A DNA stretch of 64,000 nucleotides from Pyrinomonadaceae bacterium. Lineage in GTDB: Bacteria; Acidobacteriota; Blastocatellia; Pyrinomonadales; Pyrinomonadaceae. The notes below the pieces were generated by a model. It was not told the DNA's origin, made no database searches, and saw only the letters and a program-made list of their open reading frames with translations. The DNA is taken from assembly GCA_036387315.1 (NCBI GenBank), contig DASVTY010000012.1, positions 1,408-65,407 of the forward strand. The letters are read 5' to 3'. Below, piece by piece: positions 36,457-44,667 of this stretch. A program made the translations under genes and the position numbers. The stretch's first letter is position 1. Every line of letters starts with the position of its first letter.

Positions 36457-37002
36457 ATGCAAAATTTACAAAAACCGGTTGCTCGACACGAAGGACTGGT
36501 CGTTCAGGAAATGCCCGATGAAGTGTTGGTTTACGATTTAAACACAAATAAGGCTCACTGTTTAAATAAATCTGCCGCCGCTGTGTGGAAAAATTGTGAC
36601 GGCAGCAATTCAATTTCTGATATTGCCGCAATTCTAAAAAATGAATTTAAAACACCGGTCAGCGATGATTTTGTCTGGCTGGCAATCGATCAGCTCGGCA
36701 AAGATGAATTGCTCGAGCAAAAATTAACCGCACCTACCAATGGTTTAACGCGCCGCGAAGCTATGCGCCGCGTTGCGCTGGCTTCGTTGGTTGCTCTGCC
36801 GGTTGTCGCTTCATTGACCGCGCCGACTGCGGCACAAGCAGCCAGCGTTTGTTCGAACGCGGGCGCTGCCTGTACTTGTTCGAGCACTAACAACGGCGCT
36901 TTTGCTATAACTTGTCCCGGATCATTTACAGGATGCACCGGAGCTTGCGCTTGCAACAATATCCAACCGGGTTCAAATCAGGGAGTCTGTCAGCAAGCCT
37001 AA
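36457..37002 (+). CDS. PqqD/RRE-like domain fused to a Tat/Sec-signal-like hydrophobic segment and a 53-aa Cys-rich C-terminal peptide
   Basis: gaggagg SD 6 nt before the ATG at 36457. The N-terminal roughly 90 aa (..VVQEMPDEVLVYDLNTNKAHCLNKSAAAVW..CDG..S...I...L....) are PqqD-like. Then TRREAMRRVALASLVALPVVASLTAPTAAQA, then ASVCSNAGAACTCSSTNNGAFAITCPGSFTGCTGACACNNIQPGSNQGVCQQA. Confidence 0.7.
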   Translation: MQNLQKPVARHEGLVVQEMPDEVLVYDLNTNKAHCLNKSAAAVWKNCDGSNSISDIAAILKNEFKTPVSDDFVWLAIDQLGKDELLEQKLTAPTNGLTRREAMRRVALASLVALPVVASLTAPTAAQAASVCSNAGAACTCSSTNNGAFAITCPGSFTGCTGACACNNIQPGSNQGVCQQA

Positions 37003-37052
37003 TTTGAATTAAATTCTAAACAGCGTATGTTGTAAACGAATGCGCTGTTTTT

Positions 37053-37931
37053 ATGAGTAACGGTTCGCAGCAGGAAAATTTATTTCAATTGATGACGAAG
37101 GTGCAGGCGGAGAGAATCCGCCGCGCCTTCGTTTTTTTTCGTGAACACGAAATCGAGCCGGTTCTGATCAAAGGCTGGGCGATTGCGCGTTTTTATCCGA
37201 ACCCCCGCGAGCGTTTTTCCGCCGACATGGACTTGGCGGTTAATCCCGATGTTTTTCCAAAAGCGCTCGAATTAAAAAATCGTCATTTGAGCGGCAAATT
37301 GCCGATTGACCTTCATTGCGGTTTGGGGCAATTCGACAACCTTTCATTTGAAAATTTGTTTGAAAATTCCCGGCTCGTCGAATTGACTGACACAACAGTC
37401 CGGGTTTTGCGCCACGAAGACCATTTGCGCTTATTAGCGGTTCACTGGCTGCGCGACGGCGGTATTTTCAAGCAGCGTTTGTGGGATATTCATTATGGTT
37501 TGAAAAACCGCCCGGCGGATTTCGATTGGGACAGATTTTTAGAAACAAACGGCGAAAAGCGACGCAAATGGATTATCGCGGCAATTGCCGTCGCTCATCG
37601 CTACACCGACCTGAATGTTGAAGACACGCCGATAGCCGAAGAAGTGAAAAATCCCCGGCTGATTCCGAAATGGATGCTGCGAACGCTGGAAAAAGAATGG
37701 AACGATCCGATTAAGTTTATGCCGCTTGAACAAGTGATGAACGACCGGCGAGAAGTTTGGCGGCAGTTAAAAAAAAGATTTCCGCCCAACCCTTTGGTCG
37801 CTTCGCTTTACGCAAACGCGCCTTTAAACAATTTTCCCCGGCTGCCTTATCAAATTATTAATATTTTCCAACGAGTAATGCCTTCAATCAATCGAACGAA
37901 ATCGCAGCTTCAATCAAAAATAAAGAAATAG
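37053..37931 (+). CDS. Uncharacterised nucleotidyltransferase family protein (NTP_transf_5-like)
   Basis: ..EIEPVLIKGWAIARFYPNPRERFSADMDLAV.. matches the remembered KG-x-Y-x-R-x-D-x-DLLV pattern of this family. 292 aa. Confidence 0.6.
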   Translation: MSNGSQQENLFQLMTKVQAERIRRAFVFFREHEIEPVLIKGWAIARFYPNPRERFSADMDLAVNPDVFPKALELKNRHLSGKLPIDLHCGLGQFDNLSFENLFENSRLVELTDTTVRVLRHEDHLRLLAVHWLRDGGIFKQRLWDIHYGLKNRPADFDWDRFLETNGEKRRKWIIAAIAVAHRYTDLNVEDTPIAEEVKNPRLIPKWMLRTLEKEWNDPIKFMPLEQVMNDRREVWRQLKKRFPPNPLVASLYANAPLNNFPRLPYQIINIFQRVMPSINRTKSQLQSKIKK

Positions 37932-37959
37932 CTCACATTTCATAAACGTGGATACAAAG

Positions 37960-38038
37960 AATTAACAGGGATGAAAGGAATGAAGGGGATATTTCTTGTT
38001 ATTATCAATCCATTTCATCCTTTTCATCCCTGTTAATT
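37960..38038. terminator. 25-bp (2 mismatches) inverted repeat between convergent genes; likely terminator
   Basis: aattaacagggatgaaaggaatgaa (37960-37984) versus ttcatccttttcatccctgttaatt (38014-38038), followed by ttctgttttt. Confidence 0.6.
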
Positions 38039-38089
38039 TTCTGTTTTTCGTATTTCGACAAATTGAAATTTGCATTAGAAATACCGAAC

Positions 38090-38725
38090 TTAATTTCTTC
38101 GACTGAGATAATGATGCCAGATTATTCTGGCGGCGACGGCGCGCAGCGGTTTCCAAATTTCGCCGATTAACTCAAGCTCATCCGGGGTCGGGCGTTGTTC
38201 GAGATTTTTTACTTCCTGCGCGCCGACGATTAAACCCAAATCTCCGACGGGAAAAGCATCGGCACGGCACAGGCACATCAACAAATAAACGTCGGCAGTC
38301 CAACGCCCGATGCCTTTGAGCTTAATTAATTCTTTTTTTACGGCATCGTCGGATAAATTCTCCAAAGCCGTTAAATCCAAATCTCCGGAGACGATTGCCG
38401 ACGCGAGATTTCGGGTGTAAGCAATTTTCTGCCGACTGAAGCCGCACGATTTTAATTCATCATCGGAAAGCCGCAAAAACGATTCGGGCGTAAAACCTTC
38501 GCCGATTGCTCGTTTTAATTTTTCATAAGCCGCGCGCGCCGAAGCGAGCGAGACTTGTTGTTCGAGAACGATGTGGACGAGCGTCGGAAAACCCGCCGGT
38601 CGTATCCAAATCGGCGGCTCGCCGAAATTTTCGACCACGTTTCGCAAATCCCGGTCGCGGTCGCATAAAGCTCGGATAAAATCTTGATAATTTTCTTCGG
38701 TGATAATCAGAGTTTCGTTTTGCAT
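38090..38725 (-). CDS. DNA-3-methyladenine glycosylase II-like (AlkA family, HhH-GPD)
   Basis: ..EQQVSLASA......L.......F.P......L...GFS..K......LA......L; LKGIGRWTADVYL.. HhH motif, with a conserved Asp downstream. Confidence 0.8.
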   Translation of the reverse strand: MQNETLIITEENYQDFIRALCDRDRDLRNVVENFGEPPIWIRPAGFPTLVHIVLEQQVSLASARAAYEKLKRAIGEGFTPESFLRLSDDELKSCGFSRQKIAYTRNLASAIVSGDLDLTALENLSDDAVKKELIKLKGIGRWTADVYLLMCLCRADAFPVGDLGLIVGAQEVKNLEQRPTPDELELIGEIWKPLRAVAARIIWHHYLSRRN

Positions 38726-38859
38726 TTCTATTTACGATTTTAGCCAAAAAATGCAAAAATAATCCGCAATGAGCGAAAAAGAAAAAAAGAAAAAAGCCGA
38801 AGAAATAGAAAAGGCTCTGCGAAAAATGCGCGAGTTCAGCCGGAGAAAGGAGAAATTCG

Positions 38860-39195
38860 TTGCCGCTATCAGAAAAAGTCAGAATTGAGATTTACGTTCC
38901 CGACCGCGCCGAAGCCAATTACCAAAATCTCATGGACGCTTTCGCCGACGAATTTACCGAAGCGTTCGGCGGCGCGACCGTGCTACGCGGATTCGAGGGC
39001 AGATTTTTGTCCGCTTCGGGCGAAAAAGAAATTGAGAAAATGAATTTGGTTTACGCCGATCTGCCATTGAATTTGGCGGAATACCAAAATGAAATCGCCG
39101 TTTATCTCGTTGAAATCAAAGACGCCGCGCACGAAGTTTTAAATGAGGAATCAATCTTAGTGACGGCGCGAACAATTTTTCACGCCGAAAACTAA
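38860..39195 (+). CDS. Hypothetical protein, 111 aa
   Basis: TTG start preceded by an aaggag SD at 7-nt spacing. No family recognised. Confidence 0.5.
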   Translation: MPLSEKVRIEIYVPDRAEANYQNLMDAFADEFTEAFGGATVLRGFEGRFLSASGEKEIEKMNLVYADLPLNLAEYQNEIAVYLVEIKDAAHEVLNEESILVTARTIFHAEN

Positions 39196-39220
39196 TCCCG
39201 ACCCTTCGGCTTTAAGATAA

Positions 39221-40300
39221 TTAATCCTTTAAAACTTTAATTCGATTCGGCGGCATCCCGACCAGACAAACATCGCCGACGCTTAAGCCGATCAATCGAA
39301 TAACAAGTGCTTCGAGCTTTAAACCGTCAGCATCGAGCCGGATTCGGGTCGTCGCGCCGAAATGATTGATTTCTATAATTTCGGCTTTTAATAAATTATC
39401 TTCGGGAAATGCTGCTCCGAACGTGAGAATCAGATTTTCCGGGCGAATCATTAAAGTGACGATTTGGTTGATCGCGCCGAGCCTTTGTTTTTCGACGTTA
39501 TCAACAAACAGCCGATGATCGCCCTCGACTGTTTGAAATTCGGATAAAGCCTCTTTGTTTGAATTTAGCCGCGCCGCTCGAATCAAATTGTTTCTGCCGA
39601 CGAATGCGGCGACAGCCGCCGTTGCGGGATGAGCGTAAATTTCGATTGGCTTGCCAATTTGCGGAATTTCTCCATTTTCGAGGACGGCGGCGCGGTCGCA
39701 AAAAGCAAATGCTTCCTCCTGGTTTTGAGTTGCGTAAATGACGGTCGTATTTGATTCTTTAATCCAATCTTTGAGAACTTCGAGGGTTTTTTCCCGAAGC
39801 CCCGGATCAAGATTTGTGAGCGGAGCATCGAGCAGCAAAAGCTGCGGCGCGGACGCAATTACCAGCGCCAGCGCGACAATCTGCTTTTGCCCGCCAGACA
39901 ATTCATCTACACGGCGCGATTCGAAATCGGAGAGTTCAAATAAATTTAAAATATTGGCAATTTTTTGTTTGATTTCATCTTTTGAAATTTTGCGAGCTTT
40001 TAGATTGAGAGCAATGTTTTCCCCGACGCTGGAGCGCGGAGATAAAATGTCGCTATGAAAAATCGCGCCAAAACCGCGTTTTTCAGGCGTGAGACGAGTT
40101 ATCTCGCTGCCGCCGATTGAAATTGTCCCCGAATTGGGCGCGTCCAGTCCGGCAATTAAACGCAGCAAGGCGGATTTTCCAGAACCGGATGCGCCGAGCA
40201 GCCCGAAAATCTCGCCTTGCTCGATTTCGAGCGAAACGTCGCGCGTTATCCATATATCGCCGGAGCGCTTTGATAAATTTTCAAGTTTTAAAAAGGACAT
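39221..40300 (-). CDS. ABC-transporter ATP-binding protein of the PotA/MalK/CysA type with C-terminal TOBE-like domain; catalytic motifs degenerate
   Basis: Walker A GASGSGKS and signature LSGGQKQ are present. The Q-loop reads FGAIFHS (Q to H), Walker B reads LLLLDAP (catalytic E to A), and the H-loop reads YATQNQEEA (H to Q). Confidence 0.85.
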   Translation of the reverse strand: MSFLKLENLSKRSGDIWITRDVSLEIEQGEIFGLLGASGSGKSALLRLIAGLDAPNSGTISIGGSEITRLTPEKRGFGAIFHSDILSPRSSVGENIALNLKARKISKDEIKQKIANILNLFELSDFESRRVDELSGGQKQIVALALVIASAPQLLLLDAPLTNLDPGLREKTLEVLKDWIKESNTTVIYATQNQEEAFAFCDRAAVLENGEIPQIGKPIEIYAHPATAAVAAFVGRNNLIRAARLNSNKEALSEFQTVEGDHRLFVDNVEKQRLGAINQIVTLMIRPENLILTFGAAFPEDNLLKAEIIEINHFGATTRIRLDADGLKLEALVIRLIGLSVGDVCLVGMPPNRIKVLKD

Positions 40301-40532
40301 AAAGCAAAATCAACGAAGAAATTTAAAATCCTGCAACTATCCGTTTATCTTCGGCGTGTAAAACAAAAAGGTGCCGCCGAGCCATTTCGCCTGCAAGTTG
40401 AATCGGTAAATTTATAGAACTGAAAATAAATTTGATTGTTTCCAACATCAAATAAAAAAGATAGCATAGCGCGTGCGGCAAATGTTCGTTATAAAATTTG
40501 CATCTGAAAAGATGTTTGGAGGCGAGTTTCGG

Positions 40533-40808
40533 ATGGAAGACGAGAAAAAAAAGAGTTTAACCAGAAAAGTTGCGAGAGCGGGCGGCTGGCAGGTCGCCAA
40601 GCGTTTGATTAAGCCTTTGCCTTTTGTTGGAACGGCTTTAGCCATCGGTTTGACGGGCTATAGCATCAAGAAAAAAGGGTGGATCAGAGGCATCGCTCAC
40701 TCGGCTTTGGATGCGACGCCAATCGTCGGAACGGCGAAAAACGTCGTCGAGCTATTTACCGGCGATATAATCCCGGATAAGCCGGACTTAGAGGGGAAAA
40801 AACGATGA
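40533..40808 (+). CDS. Hypothetical small membrane protein
   Basis: ATG at 40533 after a ggagg. One or two hydrophobic segments (..LPFVGTALAIGLTGY..). ATGA-coupled to the next gene. Confidence 0.4.
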   Translation: MEDEKKKSLTRKVARAGGWQVAKRLIKPLPFVGTALAIGLTGYSIKKKGWIRGIAHSALDATPIVGTAKNVVELFTGDIIPDKPDLEGKKR

Positions 40809-41617
40809 AGATTTTTTCGGGGATTTTAACGTTAATAGTTTTGCTTGGAGCCTTTGTTTTTGCCGCCGAAGCGCAAACTCAGCGGCGGAAAAAAACAACC
40901 CGCCGCGCAAATAATACGACGATTAGACCGCAGTTGAATAATTCGGCGCAGATTATTGAGCCGGAAATCGTCAGCACGGCTGAAGAAATCGAAAATCAGG
41001 AAAACGGCGGGAAAATGATCGTCAATCCTTCGCCCGGAAGACGCGAAACGGGAAACGGAAAACAAACCGTTGCGCCAAATGCGAATCAATCAAACGCTTC
41101 GCGGAGCAGCGCGGCTTTACAGCTTGAAGTAAATACGCTGCGTGAGCAGGTAAAAGCTCTGCGCGAAAAAAGCGGCGTTGAAGATTTGGAAAAGCTCAGC
41201 GTCGCAGAAGAGCGGGCTGATAATTTCCGGCGAAAATTGGAAGAGACACTCGCGCGCGAATCGGACTTAAACGCCAAAATGCAGCAGCTTGAATATCAAG
41301 CGAGACCGGAAGCGATTCAACTCGATACAGCCGTTATCGGTTCGACGCGCCCCGAAGAAGTTCGCGAAACGCGCCGCAAAATACTTGAAGCAGAAAAAAC
41401 GCGGTTGCGCGAGCAAATTAATCAAGTGCAAATCACCCGCGCCAGGCTCGAAACAGCGATAGCCAACGCCGACTCGCTGGTGGAAAAATTACGCGCCCGC
41501 GTAGAAGCTGACCTCTACGTTACAGATTCGAAAACGATTAAATCTAAAGATGCCGGGCAAAAGCAGCCGGAAAGAACCGAGCCAACCGACGACGAAGATT
41601 CAAATCCGCCATTTTAA
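40805..41617 (+). CDS. Hypothetical secreted coiled-coil protein
   Basis: Signal peptide MKIFSGILTLIVLLGAFVFAAEA, a low-complexity N-terminal region, then a long heptad-like E/R/L/Q-rich segment. Confidence 0.55.
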   Translation: MKIFSGILTLIVLLGAFVFAAEAQTQRRKKTTRRANNTTIRPQLNNSAQIIEPEIVSTAEEIENQENGGKMIVNPSPGRRETGNGKQTVAPNANQSNASRSSAALQLEVNTLREQVKALREKSGVEDLEKLSVAEERADNFRRKLEETLARESDLNAKMQQLEYQARPEAIQLDTAVIGSTRPEEVRETRRKILEAEKTRLREQINQVQITRARLETAIANADSLVEKLRARVEADLYVTDSKTIKSKDAGQKQPERTEPTDDEDSNPPF

Positions 41618-41726
41618 AATTAATTTCACCTTTCGCATTAAGATTTAATGCGGTTCTTAATGAAATGCTTTAGCAGTTTTACTTTAAGAGTCGGAAAACC
41701 GACTCTTAAAGTTTTTTGTGAAAGAA

Positions 41727-43283
41727 TCAAAGCGGAATATTGCCGTGTTTTTTCGGCGGGTTGGCGTCTTTTTTATTTTGTAAAAGAATGAGCGCGCGAA
41801 TTAACTTAGGTCTGGTGAAAGCCGGTTCGATCACTTCGTCAACAAAACCACGCTCGGCGGCGATGTACGGATTGGCGAATTTATCTTCAAACTCGGAGAT
41901 TTTCTGTTTTCTGAAATCCTCGCCGTTTTCGGCGATTTCTTTTCTGAGCAAAACTCCAACCGCTCCTTCCGCTCCCATAACGGCGATCTCAGCAGTCGGG
42001 TAAGCGAAATTGATGTCCGTTCGGATATGTTTCGACGCCATCACGCAATACGCTCCGCCGTAGGCTTTGCGCGTGATGACCGTAATTTTCGGAACGGTCG
42101 CTTCGGCGAAAGCGTAAAGGAGCTTCGCGCCGTGGCGGATAATTCCGAAATGCTCTTGATTGACGCCGGGAAGAAAGCCGGGAACGTCTTCAAAAGTGAT
42201 TAGAGGAATGTTGAAACAATCGCAAAAGCGGACGAAACGCGCGGCTTTAACCGATGCGTCAATATCCAGGACGCCTGCTAAAAATGCCGGTTGATTTGCA
42301 ACGATGCCGACCGAAAAACCGCCCAGGCGCGCAAAACCGATGACGATGTTCGGGGCGTAATGCGTTTGAACTTCAAAAAAATAATTGTCGTCAACGACGG
42401 TATTGATAATGTCGCGAATGTCGTAAGGCTGATTCGATAATTCGGGAACGAGTTCATTTAATTTCGCGTCGGTTCTATTTGCGGGGTCGGCGGTCGGGAC
42501 GAACGGCGGGTCTTCCATATTGTTTAAAGGAATAAAAGACAACAGTTCGCGCGTTAAACGCAGGCAATGCTCGTCGTTGTCGGCGGCGAAATGCGCGACG
42601 CCCGATTTTTGATTGTGGGTCATCGCTCCGCCCAGCTCGTCTTTGGTGACATCTTCGTGCGTCACGGTTTTTATTACGTCCGGTCCCGTAATAAACATAT
42701 ACGAAGTGTCTTTGACCATGATGTTAAAATCGGTGATCGCCGGAGAATAAACCGCGCCGCCCGCGCACGGTCCCATAATGCAGGAAATCTGCGGAATCAC
42801 GCCGGAAGCCAGAGTGTTTCGCAGAAAAATATCCGCATAGCCGCCCAGAGAGACGACTCCTTCCTGAATCCGAGCGCCGCCGGAATCGTTTAAGCCGATT
42901 AAAGGAGCGCCCGTTTTCATCGCCATATCCATTATCTTGCAGATTTTTTCGGCGAAAGTTTCCGACAAAGAGCCGCCGAATATCGTGAAATCCTGCGCGA
43001 AAACGAACACGGGGCGCCCGTCAACCAAACCGTGCCCGGTGATAACGCCGTCGCCCAGAAACTTTTGTTTTTCGAGTCCGAAATCGTGCGAGCGATGAAC
43101 GACGAATTTGTCGAATTCTTCGAAAGTGCCTTCATCGAGAAAGAATTCGATCCGCTCGCGAGCGGTCATTTTTCCAGACGCTCTTTGTTTTTCAAGTCTT
43201 TTTTCTCCGCCGCCAAGCTCGGCTTCGCGGGATTTTTGTCGTAACAGCTCCAGTTTTGTCTTTGATTTTTGCTGCGGTGTCAT
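41727..43283 (-). CDS. Acyl-CoA carboxylase carboxyltransferase subunit (propionyl-CoA carboxylase beta / methylmalonyl-CoA carboxyltransferase 12S)
   Basis: ..GGGEKR...Q...GK.TARERI..L.D.G.F.E.D......GDGV.TG.G...GR.V.VFAQDFTV.GGS... Start moved to the ATG at 43283 because the longer ORF overlaps the upstream permease gene. Confidence 0.9.
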   Translation of the reverse strand: MTPQQKSKTKLELLRQKSREAELGGGEKRLEKQRASGKMTARERIEFFLDEGTFEEFDKFVVHRSHDFGLEKQKFLGDGVITGHGLVDGRPVFVFAQDFTIFGGSLSETFAEKICKIMDMAMKTGAPLIGLNDSGGARIQEGVVSLGGYADIFLRNTLASGVIPQISCIMGPCAGGAVYSPAITDFNIMVKDTSYMFITGPDVIKTVTHEDVTKDELGGAMTHNQKSGVAHFAADNDEHCLRLTRELLSFIPLNNMEDPPFVPTADPANRTDAKLNELVPELSNQPYDIRDIINTVVDDNYFFEVQTHYAPNIVIGFARLGGFSVGIVANQPAFLAGVLDIDASVKAARFVRFCDCFNIPLITFEDVPGFLPGVNQEHFGIIRHGAKLLYAFAEATVPKITVITRKAYGGAYCVMASKHIRTDINFAYPTAEIAVMGAEGAVGVLLRKEIAENGEDFRKQKISEFEDKFANPYIAAERGFVDEVIEPAFTRPKLIRALILLQNKKDANPPKKHGNIPL

Positions 43284-43341
43284 AAATTTCAAAAGTAATA
43301 TTCCTGCGATTTTATAACGAAAAAGAAAAAAAGCGACAATT

Positions 43342-44121
43342 TTAAACGACCATTCTCCGCCGCATAGAGCGCAAAGCCCATTCGGTAAAAATAAAAGCGA
43401 CCGTGAGCAGATAAACAAACTCAAAAATATGGCGCAGAGCGAAAGCGTTGTTCAAACAAGCCCGCGCCAAATCAATCGCGCTCGTAATCGGCAAAACGTA
43501 GGCGAACACTTGCAGCCAAACGGGCAGCATTTCAATCGGAAACCAGGCACCGGTCACAAAAATCATCGAAAAAAAGGCGGCGAAAAAAATGTTGAAATGG
43601 TCAATCTCAAAAATTCTGGCGGTTGTTCCGAGCGCCAGAGCGCCCAGGAAAAGCGAGCCGAGCAGCAACGGAACAAAAGCGAGCGGCGCGAGCAGGGAAG
43701 ACGCCGCGCCGAAAGCCCAGATGATTATTAAAATAAAAACGCAGTCAATCGCGGCTTTGGTCACGCCCCACAAAATTTCGCCGAAAGCGAGCGATTCGAC
43801 CGAAACCGGCGTAGCCAAAATCGCATCGTAAGTTGATTGATAAACCATCCGAAAATAAGCGCCGTAAGTCAATTCAAAAAGCGAGCGCATCAACACTGTA
43901 AAAGCCAAAACGCCCGCGCCGACGAACGAGAGATAACTCAAGCCTTCGACGGTGGAGGCGACCAGCGAACCGACGCCGAACCCGAATGCGAAAAATGTAA
44001 AAATCGGCTCGATAATCGGCGCCACCAGTTCAGTTTTCCACAAACGCCGATATACCAGCAGATTTCGCCGCCAGACCGCGTAAACGTCAAGCCGGTCAAT
44101 TTGTAAAAGCGCCAATCTCAA
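43342..44121 (-). CDS. ABC-2 type transporter permease
   Basis: 259 aa with six hydrophobic helices and an N-terminus ..VW.R....Y.R.W......P...P typical of NodJ/DrrB-like permeases. Confidence 0.8.
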   Translation of the reverse strand: MRLALLQIDRLDVYAVWRRNLLVYRRLWKTELVAPIIEPIFTFFAFGFGVGSLVASTVEGLSYLSFVGAGVLAFTVLMRSLFELTYGAYFRMVYQSTYDAILATPVSVESLAFGEILWGVTKAAIDCVFILIIIWAFGAASSLLAPLAFVPLLLGSLFLGALALGTTARIFEIDHFNIFFAAFFSMIFVTGAWFPIEMLPVWLQVFAYVLPITSAIDLARACLNNAFALRHIFEFVYLLTVAFIFTEWALRSMRRRMVV

Positions 44122-44603
44122 GATTTAAAATCAAAAGGGAATTGCCTTTTTTCAATCAATTGAATTACTTCGCGCAAGCTCGCCTGCGCTTTTTCGATTG
44201 TTTCCGCCGGGTATTTATGTTTTGCAGCGTTTTCCTCGAACTCGTCCAAATCTAAGATTTGATAACCGAAATCCGGCGCAACCAAAACGTCTATATCCAA
44301 ATCAATGTAAGTCAAAACGTTTCCGCGCAGAACGGGCGGCAAATTGACGTTACAATAAAAATTTCGCAGCTCACCCTCCGGCTGGTGAAATCGAAAAACA
44401 TTGTACCAGCGATTTTTCCAATAAAACTCGTAAGAAACTGTGTTGGGTCTGATAACGCCGAGAAGCGGATGTTTTATTTCATCCGGGAAAATACCGACGA
44501 ACTCCCATAGCTCGTCGGTTTCGCCAATTAGAGAGCAATCCCAACTGCGATGAATCGAACTGTCGTATTTAAGTGCTTCGACTCTGATTTTTCGATTTTT
44601 CAT
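44118..44603 (-). CDS. DUF402 domain protein (FomD/Ntdp-like nucleoside di/triphosphatase family)
   Basis: ..K.DGS..R.W............W.NV.....G....FYCN...P........Y.DLDLDV.V.PD.....LD.DEF.. pattern. Confidence 0.7.
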   Translation of the reverse strand: MKNRKIRVEALKYDSSIHRSWDCSLIGETDELWEFVGIFPDEIKHPLLGVIRPNTVSYEFYWKNRWYNVFRFHQPEGELRNFYCNVNLPPVLRGNVLTYIDLDIDVLVAPDFGYQILDLDEFEENAAKHKYPAETIEKAQASLREVIQLIEKRQFPFDFKS

Positions 44604-44667
44604 TAACTATAAAATAGAGGAAACCCTTTATTTTGACTTATTAGACCGCAAACAGTTTTCAGCATTT

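Noticed and set aside
38769-38888. 39-aa Lys/Glu-rich small ORF (MSEKEKKKKAEEIEKALRKMREFSRRKEKFVAAIRKSQN) overlapping the start of the 38860 gene
   Set aside because: There is no clear SD. It lies in a purine-rich tract that yields such ORFs by chance, and it cannot be supported without conservation or Ribo-seq data.
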